Assembly: GCA_037379345.1 (NCBI GenBank)
Contig: CM074513.1
Coordinates: forward strand, 32,236,885 to 32,300,884
Source of the DNA: Perna viridis
Taxonomy: Eukaryota
Length of the DNA stretch: 64,000 nt
Reading direction: 5' to 3'
In this document: positions 11,478-22,800 of the stretch, piece after piece
How the letters are laid out: each line of letters opens with the position of its first letter
Position numbering within the stretch: the stretch's first letter is position 1
Program-made: the position numbers and the translations under genes
The notes under the pieces: model-generated
Databases searched by the model: none
The model's input: only the letters and a program-made list of their open reading frames with translations
What the model was told of the DNA's origin: nothing

Positions 11478-13415
11478 TCAGCGATCTCCGCAAAAATAAT
11501 TGTAGTGAAGCAACAGAAGTTTGTCAACGGTGTCCGGTGAAAATTTAGCATTCTTCACAGTAGCATTTTCACTAATACAAAAGTCTGTCATGCACAGATA
11601 CCGCCGCGCCAAGCGAGATAACACAGGGTAAATGTTCTCTCGTTTTGCCCACCACTCTAAAGGCATAGTAGACGACTGTTGTGCTGAGAGATAGTGATCT
11701 ATTTCTATCATGACTTTTTCTTCTTTGTCAGTACTATTCTCAATATTTTTGCTCTTGGAGACTACGTCAGCCAACCAATCGTCCGTATCAGTAGCCAGTT
11801 TCGGTCTTTTTGCCATTGGTTCAATGCGGATAACGTCGCCAGATTCTTCCAGAACAATAACCTCACTACTGCATCCGTTTTGCTTGTCGTTTTTCCCATG
11901 ATTTTCTCGATACAACTCAGTTGCAACAGTGCTTAGAATGTCCCTAGCTCGAGCTCTCTCGGGAACATCTACAAACTGCAGTTCTTTGTAACGGGGGTCA
12001 AGCAGAGAACTGATTAACAGAAAGTTTCTTAAGTCTGGCTTTTGAAATGGCTCAGTTACGCTAAGCCAAGTTGCTCGTTTTAAAGTTTTGGTTAATTCTA
12101 AGTCCCTTTTCTTTTTAGTCAAGACGTTGTCCAATTTTTTAATCACTGGGAGAACCATTGACGAGACTACATTTTTGTGACCAGAGAACAAGTTGTAGGC
12201 TTTTAGTAAAGGCGAAGCGATCTCGGCGATTTCTTCCATCTCTTTCCATCGCTCCTCGGAAAATGTTTCTTCGTCGAATACATTTTTCATTATTGTCTCT
12301 TTGTGCTCAATGACACAAGATATGATTTCACTGAATGTTGTCCAACAAAGTGTTGTTTGATTTATTTCTTTATAATCTTTGACAATGATTAAAACCTTCT
12401 GGTAAAGCTCAGAAGGACTCTTGCTTTGAAGAATTACCCCAATCATGGAGATAATGAACTCTACCAGCTTTTTTGTAGACAAGTTGGTTGTCAGGTCGTT
12501 GCCAGCTGCAAAGAATACCTTTCTACAAAATGGTATATTGACTGTGGTGACCGAAGGCGACTGAAAGACGTTCTCTAAAAGTTTCGAACCATCGTTTACC
12601 AACCCAATTGGTCGGTCTATTCCCCATTCTTTGTATGTTCCCTGTAGTAAAGCAATAAATTGAAGGTCGTTTTGAATGCAACCCATTGATACAGTTTTCA
12701 ATAAGAACGATCTCATTATCCACTGAGTATTGATTAACTGGCATGATATCGAGACAAACTTTACACCGGTGATCGATTCCCAGAATTCAGTGGAAATAAT
12801 CACCTCGTTTCCTGATATTTCAGCTTCAATCGATTGTTTGACTTCGTTGTAAGACTGCTGTACTAATTGTCCATACAAATAATCCTTGTCCGGTACAACA
12901 TACATCGGATCGGCAACAGCAATCATAGAATAAAACGATGTACTTTCTACGATTGATAACGGCAGTAAATGTTCGATAAAGAAATTCACAATAGTGTCAT
13001 TGAGTTGCTGGTGTTTGGACCTTTGGTCGGTCCGATATTCATCCATCGATGTAGACTGTATTTGCTCTTGTTTAATATCCCCGACGGTCGACTGAACAAC
13101 TACGGGGTCAAAAGTGGGAGGAGAATGCACAACCACTTCACCCTGTTTCCGATGTTTATTTAAATGACAGTGCAGATTCGTTGTATTTCCAGAATATCGA
13201 ATTCCTTGATAACAAATTTTACAAACAGCTTTGCTTTTATCCAATAAACCATCTGGCCCCTTTTGAAAGCCGAAATGATTCCACACTGAACTTTTGGAAC
13301 GTCCTGGAAACTTGTATATGTGTGACTCGTCAACAATGTCACCTCCATGTTCTTGTTTAATATCAATCGCCTTCATTTCCACTTTAATCGGTGTTGATAA
13401 CATCATTTCCGACAT
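11478..13415 (-). CDS. ZBED1-like zinc finger BED domain protein (domesticated hAT transposase), single coding exon, 645 aa
   Basis: BED finger SSVWNHF...CKIC...TTNLHCHLNKH; hAT blocks LLPLSIVESTSF and SLLDPRYK; C-terminal dimerisation domain PLEWW...YPVLSRLARRYLCM. ORF uninterrupted; no TIR/TSD seen. Confidence 0.9.
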   Translation of the reverse strand: MSEMMLSTPIKVEMKAIDIKQEHGGDIVDESHIYKFPGRSKSSVWNHFGFQKGPDGLLDKSKAVCKICYQGIRYSGNTTNLHCHLNKHRKQGEVVVHSPPTFDPVVVQSTVGDIKQEQIQSTSMDEYRTDQRSKHQQLNDTIVNFFIEHLLPLSIVESTSFYSMIAVADPMYVVPDKDYLYGQLVQQSYNEVKQSIEAEISGNEVIISTEFWESITGVKFVSISCQLINTQWIMRSFLLKTVSMGCIQNDLQFIALLQGTYKEWGIDRPIGLVNDGSKLLENVFQSPSVTTVNIPFCRKVFFAAGNDLTTNLSTKKLVEFIISMIGVILQSKSPSELYQKVLIIVKDYKEINQTTLCWTTFSEIISCVIEHKETIMKNVFDEETFSEERWKEMEEIAEIASPLLKAYNLFSGHKNVVSSMVLPVIKKLDNVLTKKKRDLELTKTLKRATWLSVTEPFQKPDLRNFLLISSLLDPRYKELQFVDVPERARARDILSTVATELYRENHGKNDKQNGCSSEVIVLEESGDVIRIEPMAKRPKLATDTDDWLADVVSKSKNIENSTDKEEKVMIEIDHYLSAQQSSTMPLEWWAKRENIYPVLSRLARRYLCMTDFCISENATVKNAKFSPDTVDKLLLLHYNYFCGDR

Positions 13416-14192
13416 CTTCAGTTCATATTTACCAAGTGATCATGCGCGAAGTCCGATTTATCGAGAAAAAAAAAACAATGCGAAATAACTTTGTCCGACA
13501 GTTTACAAAACCAAGTCCTATATCGATTTACAACTTATCATTGTGATAAAGGCCACGCTGTCTACGTGTTCAGATCGGTATTTAATCATGTGGTTCGATA
13601 TGTACGATTACCTGAGGCATAATGTGTGTCATTGATTTATCAGTTTGTGTAGTTGACCTGAAATTTGGTCGTTACATGATAACAGGTGCACTTACCTTCT
13701 ACTCAGCCAAGCAAGTCGTGTTGTAAAAGTAGAATAACACAAACGATCATTATCGATCACCTTGTCTTTCTACATTCAAAAGTTATATTTATAATTTTTT
13801 GCGTGCTATTATCATTTAATATTATAACCCGATAACACCGTTTATTTCCTGCGACAAATAATTTGTAACATTGCATAAAGATCGCTTGAACAAAATTCCA
13901 GATATGTGATATAAAAAAAATCGAATGCACATTGCAGATATTTAAAAGTACATGTTGGGATCTTATTTTAAAATCTTTCGATGGATTTTATTAGCTTATC
14001 CTCTGTTATCATTATCACACAATAGGGTCAATATACACAAGTTTATTAGCCACGATTTGACTAGGAAAATGAAAATATGCATGATGATTGATTTGATACT
14101 CACGTTTTTCTTTGCGTGTGTTTGTTTTTTGTTTTTCATAATATACAATGTTAAATAATGGTATGTTACATCGTAGTTGATTAATTGCATAC

Positions 14193-14536
14193 AGGCAGCA
14201 ACCATTTTTGTTTCTCGGGCGGGGAGGGGGAGGGGGAGGGGGGCTATGGATTTTTTTTTCGGAGACAGATCCTGAGATTTTTTCCTCTTGAGCGAAAATA
14301 ACTTGTAATTTTTTCCAAGGCCAATTAAAAAAAAACAAATAACTTTTTTTCACTTTTTAACCATCTTTTTTTTTTGTCATTTCACTACTACATAGCACCT
14401 TCCACATAGACAGCATGATTTTTTTATCATTGTTTTAAAACAAACTTTAATTTATCTACAGTGATTAGTCGATTTATGTTTTCCAACATTTTCCAGAAAC
14501 AAACTTTTTCCCCAAAAAATCCATAGCCCCCCCCTT

Positions 14537-14572
<36 letters not shown>

Positions 14573-14588
14573 CAAATGGTTGCTGTCT
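14193..14588. mobile_element. MITE
   Basis: TIRs AGGCAGCAACCATTT / AAATGGTTGCTGTCT; subterminal GGGGCTATGGATTTTT / AAAAATCCATAGCCCC inverted repeat; long internal poly-A. Confidence 0.7.
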
Positions 14589-16831
14589 AAGTGATTAAAC
14601 GAACTTGCAGTGTGCACGCTCACATGCCCTGCCCATCATATTGAAGGAAGGGCGTCCACATTGACCGTATTACCGTATTATCAGATGGGAGGAGTTTTCA
14701 AGATTTACTAATTTCGTAGGTGCATAACTCCTACAAAAATTGAGAGTTCAATATTTCCTGACAGCAATACTAACCCTGCACGACTACATATGGAATATTT
14801 AAACTACATGTATACTACAAGTACTTAGATTCTGCTCAGTAATTTGAAAGCAACTGCGATGACAGGTTATTTAGTGTACTTTTTGGAAACCAACGTTAAA
14901 GAGGCGAATCAATGGAATATGACGGGTAAATTAATGGAATGTATGTTTATACCATGGCCTCCGCAACTAGTCTTTGGTGGGATATAAACAATCGTGTAAT
15001 AATTTATTTAAAATCATTTTTACTAAATCAAAATTATTCTTGCACAAGCTTATAAAGACTTAAGATGATCTGATTAATTGAAGATATTTGCTTACGTAAT
15101 TTGCATTGCATCATCGCACTCAACTAACGGTTTGATAATAAGCCTGTAGTATTGATTAAATCATTCAATGAAGGATCGAACACAACTCCCTTATACTTTC
15201 CGTTAAGATGAATTTCAGTATCCCATCGCTTTCCATTTAAATAATGCCTTGCAATTTTATGATTTATTATTTAAGTGCTGATCTCTATAAGAATTAGGCA
15301 ATGGGTGAAAAATGGTATTAAAACCCAATCATTTCGAAAGAGTATTTTAAAAATTGCACTATAAGAATCTAGAAAAAAAATACCATTTTATCACTTTGGT
15401 AAATGGAATTGTAATTTCATTGAAATGCACTGAAAATGAACCTCCTAAGGGCAGTCAAAATCTCACTTTTCTGGCATTTAATTGAAAAACTTCTGAGTAA
15501 ACCCAGTGTTACAGAGATCAAAATGTATATCTTTTTAAAGAGAAAAGCATACTGGAGTGGAATTGAATAGTCAGATGGGTGTGTTTTCGCCATGCATGTT
15601 TCTGATTTTTCCCATTTTGCCTGATTCTTACTAATACTTACACTTTAAAATAACATCTCCAGTGTAATTGGTAATAAAATGATCAATCATATGGTTGTCA
15701 CAAAGCATAAAAATAATTTATGGATTAATGATTTAGATTAATGAAGAAAGTTCTGAATGCAGTCATGTTAACCACTAATTAGACATACCAAGGGATTTCT
15801 TATATCTACATCAGTGGGGGGAGAAGGGTTGTGTACTTATTGTACAACTTTTGATGTAACATGCCTCTCAACATGGGAAGAATTGGGATTGATATTGCAT
15901 ACAATGAAGACACAAATTTTTGTAGGTTTGAACTGGTCTGGAGCTGATCAGTTAACTGCTAGTAGTCCTTTGTTTGTGCATTCATGTATTGTATAATCAG
16001 TTTCTTCATTTCTATTTTCAGAAGGGACTCAGACTTTTTAATTGTGTTTAATTGTGTACCAATATTTTTTCCACAGTGCCCAGATTTAGAAGGGGGAGGG
16101 TTGTGATCGAGTCAAAGTACTTTGATCCTGACACATTTTTTTTGCGCCCGTCCCTAGTCAGGTATTTCTGGCCTGTGTGTATTGTTTTGTTTCCACTTTA
16201 CTTTTATGTTGCTGGAGTATATAGGGACAACTAATTTGCTGTACCTGTGTATAATGTTTTAAGAACAGCTACATCCTACCCTGTGGTGTGACAGTTTCCT
16301 TCTTGTTAAGGGGATTTTAGGTGATATAGTTTCATTCTGGTGGGGTTATTTATTGTCTCTTTGACATATTCACCACATCACTTCTCGTTATATGGAAGTT
16401 TACTTAGAGATTTTGATAGTATTGTGTAAAATTTGTATTTTAATAAAAATGCTTTTACTAGTATTTTATAATTGTACCTAAGGTAAAATGCAAATTAATT
16501 TGATATATATTGTATTAGTGGTGGAGAAAACAGAACTCATCTTGTTAATTTCATACCATCAAAAGCATTACTTCGGATAAGCACTATAATGTTTAATCTT
16601 TAAAAACACAAATGTATCTAGAACTTTTCCAAAATAACATTGTTTTCTGATGTAAAAACAATTTCTAAAAAGCTTCTTCAGAGAGTGAAGAATTATTCCC
16701 TTCATTTTAAATGACCTATTTAAATCTGACATAACAGATCAGATTCTTGTACAAATAACTTCATAACACTGTCCTTATGGAATTGATACAATGAAATGAC
16801 AATTAACAAAAGAACAACAGATGACGAGACT

Positions 16832-19800
16832 TCATGACCGTAATGCACAAAATTGTTGGAATATTTCCAAAATGTGAAAATCAATGTCACTGGTGAATAA
16901 TAATGTCTCTAATGTACTGATGTATCTGTAGACCAATTCATGATGCTGAAACATAAAAAGAAATGTACAATAAAGAGAAAACAGTACCAATTAAGGAATA
17001 CAGAAAATCATACTGTATTTCCGGCATAAAATTTGCACAATTCATTTTGGAGTTTTTATACAGACTGCTAAAATATACCAAAATTAGCACCCCAAGAAAA
17101 TTAAGCACTATATGGTAAATAGCCAAGCCTTGTTTTTTTGATAAAGAGGAGGACTCAGTCTGATTGGAGGGTAAATACAGTTTTCATGTTAGTTCAAACT
17201 AATACATGTAACACTAAATTCTTTTAACAGAAGCACAAGTAAATGGGTTCTAATAATTGATTGCCTAGGTTTATTATTCAGATTAACAGTTTATATACAT
17301 GTAGTTTAGAAAGAAAGTGAATTTTACTGTGACAGTACTAATGTTCGTGGGGTACCAATTTTCGATGTTTTCGTGGATTGTTTAAACCAAAAAGTTTGGT
17401 TCCCAATGAAAAGGAAAAACCCTCAAAACAACGAATTCAAGCACCCTCGAATTTAAGTTTCTTCCCTAATCCATGAAAATTGGTATCCACGAATTAAAGT
17501 ACTTTCACATTAATTGCTATGTTTGTTGTAACAAGAAATTTCATTGGATAACACAATTGACTTTTTCAAATATTTAATGCATACAGTTATTGTAGACTTA
17601 CAATTAGAAAAATTTGCTGTAATCTTTCAATGCACCATTTGTACCAAGGTGTGTTATAGTCTATTCCATTGGACTCACAGTTAGCAAGATGGTCTGATAA
17701 AACCATGATAAATCTCTGCAAAAAAGTTCAATAATAATAATCTAATATTGTTTCCAAATTGGTATTAATCATATTTTGTTATTGATTGAAATAAATCACA
17801 TCTTAGTTTTTTGTCTGACCAATTATTATGATCCTTGGTCTGTAATACTTAAGAATAAAGGTCTTGGACTTTTAAAATCAATGGTTACTTAAGGAAATTC
17901 AAAGGTCCATAATAATGTTTATCAAAAAGGTTATGGTTCGGGAAAAAGTTAAATGAAATTTCAATGGTTGAGGGTACCAAACCTTGGATCACCACTAATT
18001 TGAAACCCTACTGGAATCTGTAAATATGTTGGCGACTAAATACACTAATATCAGGTTTCTATTACAAATATTAAGGCCACTTTGAAAGAATTTTTTGGTT
18101 TTTTTTTTAAATTATTGTTGTAAAACTTAAGCCCTTAAAGGATATGTACTGACAGTGCTCAGCAGAGGCTCCAGTGTTAAGGAGTCAAAAGTCCTTATAT
18201 AAAGAAAGCTGAGACATTTGATGACATGAGATTATCGGTTGATTTCATTAGTGAATTGGCTTTAACCCAACAGAGTTAAATTTCAAGAAAACAAATTTTG
18301 TTTTAGTTTTGTCATGCTTAAAGTAAATCTAGTCTTAGGAGTTGTTATACTCTGCAAGTTACAGTACAATAAAATTCTTGAAATAAAGTACTGGCCATTT
18401 TTACTGGTTTTACCTGAAAAATGATGAGGAAAAGTCTTTTCTGTTGATTTTGTGCCAGATCCAATCTTTCCTCCATTCTTTCTATAATTCCCTCTGTAGG
18501 TACATCTTCATCATCATCATCATCTAAACCATCATTTATCTTTAAGGAAAGGGTTCAAGAATGTTTATCGTAGTGTATCAAAGTGTAAGTGTGTAAAAAA
18601 TAATTCATAAGGACTGACCGACACATGCAAATCAGTAAACCCCATCACCTACATTAGGGGAGTATAGTTGAGAGGAAGATATGTGCACATTTTTAGATTT
18701 GACTATTTTTTAAATATTGACACAATAAGTAACTCAAGGAGAAATAATATTACTCCATTTACCCTAAACAACCACTGAAAAAATAGCACCTTCTTATGTA
18801 AAATCAGTGCAGATTTCATACACAACAAATTTACAGATTAGTACCCATATAATCTAAAGAACATTTCACTAAATACGCTGTTTTAGAATCATACAGGTCA
18901 AGCTTTGAATATTTAAAAAAATTTCTTAATTCTTCTAGCAGACTGGTTTGGGATAGAGTTGTTTCTCTTCGTATGGATTCTTCCTCAATAAGTATTATCT
19001 GTTATTGTAAAGCAAAATAATTCCCCATAGAAAGCAATGTAACATCAGCATGCAATAAATTTCCATATTGCACTTTTAAAAATATAGTTAAAATTTGTGA
19101 TGTTATCCGTGACAAAGGTTCATTTTTAACATGACTATATTATATTGCCCTACAATAAAAGGATTATAGCATGAATATTGGGGAATACTATCCCTCGTAC
19201 TCCTAAACTCATGCAATATAAAATTCTACTGAGATAATATTCCCCAGTATTCATGCAATAACCCTATATTATGACTTATTGTAATCTTGTTTACTTCCAA
19301 TGAAAACAAAAACAAAGAACAATGTAATAATAAAAATACCATGATTTATTTAAAAAAAACTTCACTACCTTACAAAACCAACACCTATTAAAACTTGTAC
19401 CAGACATAATTTGATTATTATTTTTAACCTACCATATAACTTTTTTTTTTCACGTTTTTCTTCGAAAACTGGGGAGATTTTTTTGCAAAATGTAATTTTC
19501 CTGGCAGACAATTTTTTTAATGAATGATACAAAGATGAATAACTCTATTTTATCTTCAAAAATATTTTGCATAATTTAATTTTTATATTCAAAGTTTGAC
19601 CGTGAATATAAAAAAAATTAAATCACTGCGAAAATAACCATTTATAAGGTATTTTAGTTTCATACCCTTCTTTTGTAAGCATCAAGTTTATCTTTAGCAT
19701 CATCAACTTCTTTCTGCAACTTGTCTACATGTTTACTCATCTTGGTAATCGTACTGTGCATGATTTCCCATACATAAAACCTTAAAATCATATAAATGAA

Positions 19801-22800
19801 AAATCAAGTAAATTGCAATACATAGAGATGCTAAAAAAATCTTTTGTGTTATAACAAATATTTTGTTTTTAGTTTGATAGAGAATACATAAAGTGAATAC
19901 TGTAAAAGTTATTTTATTTAAGAATTGGCTATGATAAAAATTTTGTCTGTTGAAAAATAACATAAATTTTCCATGTGCATATTGTTTATTGCGCGAAGTG
20001 CAATAAACAAAATATGCACATGGAAAATTAATGTTATTTTTCAATAGACAAAATTTTTATCATAACCAATTCATATAAATTAATATTAAAACATAGTTTT
20101 ATCTTTAAACAAGAGAAAAATAGCTCTGAATTTAACTGAATAAGGGGGTGTCAATATTTTTTTATCCATTGAGATATAACAAAATCATTTTAACCAATCA
20201 GATTACAGTATTTATCTCAAATTAATTTATTTGTGGATATCAATTTTTGTGGATTGCAGACATATCATTAGTTCGTGGTTTGACATTCCCACAGCACAAA
20301 TAAATGGAAAATATGTCTGCTTAGTTTCATGGTTTGAATCAATCATGAAATCCATGAATATTGGTACCCCATGAATATTAGTACTTTCACAGTAAAAAAA
20401 AAGGTCCAGTAAATGTAGCTTTTTTTTACAAGTTTTGTGTTCACTTAAAAAGAAGTCGTAAAACAAGTTCTTTTTTTAAACTCATGTTTAATTCTTTCGG
20501 TTTTCAATGTCAAATGCCTACATTTTAATTATATATTTTCTACAGTTATCCAGATATTAATGTACTTCACCATACACATCAAAGACTTACTTGGTAAATT
20601 CTGGTTGCATTTCACTTGAGAACAACCAGTTAGCTACAGCTGATGGTTCAATGATTTGGGTTTTTAACAACTTGTCCACTAAAACAACCATCATCTGAAA
20701 CATACAAAAATGCATTGAGTATTGGATATCCATAAAAGACAGGTTTCAATTTGCCACACACATAATCATATCAATAATAATTAATTGAATATCTTATTCC
20801 CCCTTTCAAACATGCAATATTGATCAGAGAATGTACTTTGATACCTAATTCATCAAAAATAAACCACTTTAAACACCTTAGGGCTATTCCTGAAAAAAAA
20901 TGTGTCAGGAGGTTGGGGTGTGGGCGGTTATTTTGAACATTTCTTACAAGACGAATGTATTGGATAAAATTTTAATGTGTTGGTGGTACCCCTATATATC
21001 ATGGGCATTCTGCCACCAGCAAACATTTTTTTATGGAATAGCTCTTATCAGATTTTAAAGGAGAAAGGAATTTTGAAGTGTTTATTTGTAGAACCATTCT
21101 TAGATATTATGAATAACTACATTTTGTAAAGTCAAGTTTATATCTTTTATTGCACTGACATACAAAAAGTCTATAGACTTACTTGTTGATGAGATCTCCA
21201 TACTTCAAACATGGTCCTTAACACCCATATTTGCCCTTCCTCTGTATCTGCTAATAACTTCAGGATGTGATGAAATCTGTGAGACAACATATCAATACAA
21301 TAAATTTAATGTCTTAAAGAAATCCTAGTTTGAAACTGTTGTACCTATTGTCCAATTATGTTAACATACAATCTTTAAAAATAGACGTTTTCCTGGTTAC
21401 ATATTCTAAATCTTCTCATAGAAAAGTTGGTCTGCTATAATTTGTAATAAAGCTCAATACACGTTTCTAAGAGGGGGAACCAAGGTTCTAGCAGGCAAGA
21501 CTGGACCCATGCAGCTATCAAATGTATGTAAAATTTTTCCATAATACAGGGGCGGATTCACACACTATGAAAAGGAAGAGCGCCAGCTGGGGTTCCTCAG
21601 AACAAGAGGCTCCCAGGAGCCTGAATCACTCACCTGGTTGAATTTTGCCTTTCAAGGGCAATAATAAAACAAGTTGTTCAACAATTTTGACTCAAGGAAA
21701 CTTTGATAGGACTTATCTTAAGGATCATTTCAGTAAATGAATGTCTAAATGTATCATAGTTTTCAAGACATTGGCTGAAAACTGTAATAAAAAAAAAACC
21801 TCCCAAGAGCAATAACTCTTATAAGAAGGCATCTGACAAATTTTATACCTGAAGACTTTTGTAGTCCTAAAAATAAGGATCATTATAGCTATTGAAAGAA
21901 TTTGGCTAAACCTAACAGTTTTGGAGATATATGCGAAAAACTACTGTCTGACCCCTATGTTCTATTTTTAGTAACAGTAGCCATGTTTTTCAACGGATCG
22001 AAAAACACCACTTCAATTCTATGCAGGAAACCCCAAGGAACACTTATACTAAGTTTTGTTTCAATTGGTAAAATAGTGTCAGAGGAGAAGATTTTTGAAA
22101 GAAATAATATTAAAAATAGCAAAAAACTTTAAAAAAGGACAACAACTCCAACATGGCTTAATAGATTAAAATGAAAATTTGAATGCAGATAGATCTCATC
22201 ATGCTGAACACTTTTACCCCTTTCAAAATGGGCTAAACCTAACCGTTTTGGAGATATATGCAAAAAACTATTGTCTGACCCCTATGTTCTATTTTTAGTA
22301 ACAGTGGCCATGCTTTTCAACAGATCAAAAATCCCCACATCAGTTCTATGCATGATACCCTAAGGAACATTCATACCAAGTTTGGTTCCAATTGGTCAAG
22401 CAGTGTCAGAGAAGAAGATTTTTAAAAGAAATAACATAAAAAATAGCAAAAAACGTTGAAAAAGGCCAATAACTCCAACATGGCTTCATAGATTAAAATG
22501 AAAATTTGACAGCAGATAGATCTCATCATGCTGAACACTTTTACCATGTCAGAATTTGGCTAAACCTAACCGTTTTAGAGATATTTGCGAAAAACTACTG
22601 TCTGACCCCTATGTTCTATTTATAGTAACAGCAGCCATGTTCTTCGATGGATCAAAAGTCCCCACAACAGTTCTATGCAGGATACCCCAAGGAACATTCA
22701 TACCAAGTTTGGTTCCAAATTGTTAATGACAACGACTGACACCAAGTGATGGCAATAGCTTATAGAACAAAATTTGCCATTTTTTGTCAATTTTACACAT

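Noticed and set aside
11694-13488. Short ORFs overlapping the ZBED gene
   Set aside because: Antisense or alternate-frame shadows of the main CDS.
16050-16390. Possible SINE remnant (also 46960-47040)
   Set aside because: Resembles a molluscan SINE core but is too degenerate to delimit or name from sequence alone.
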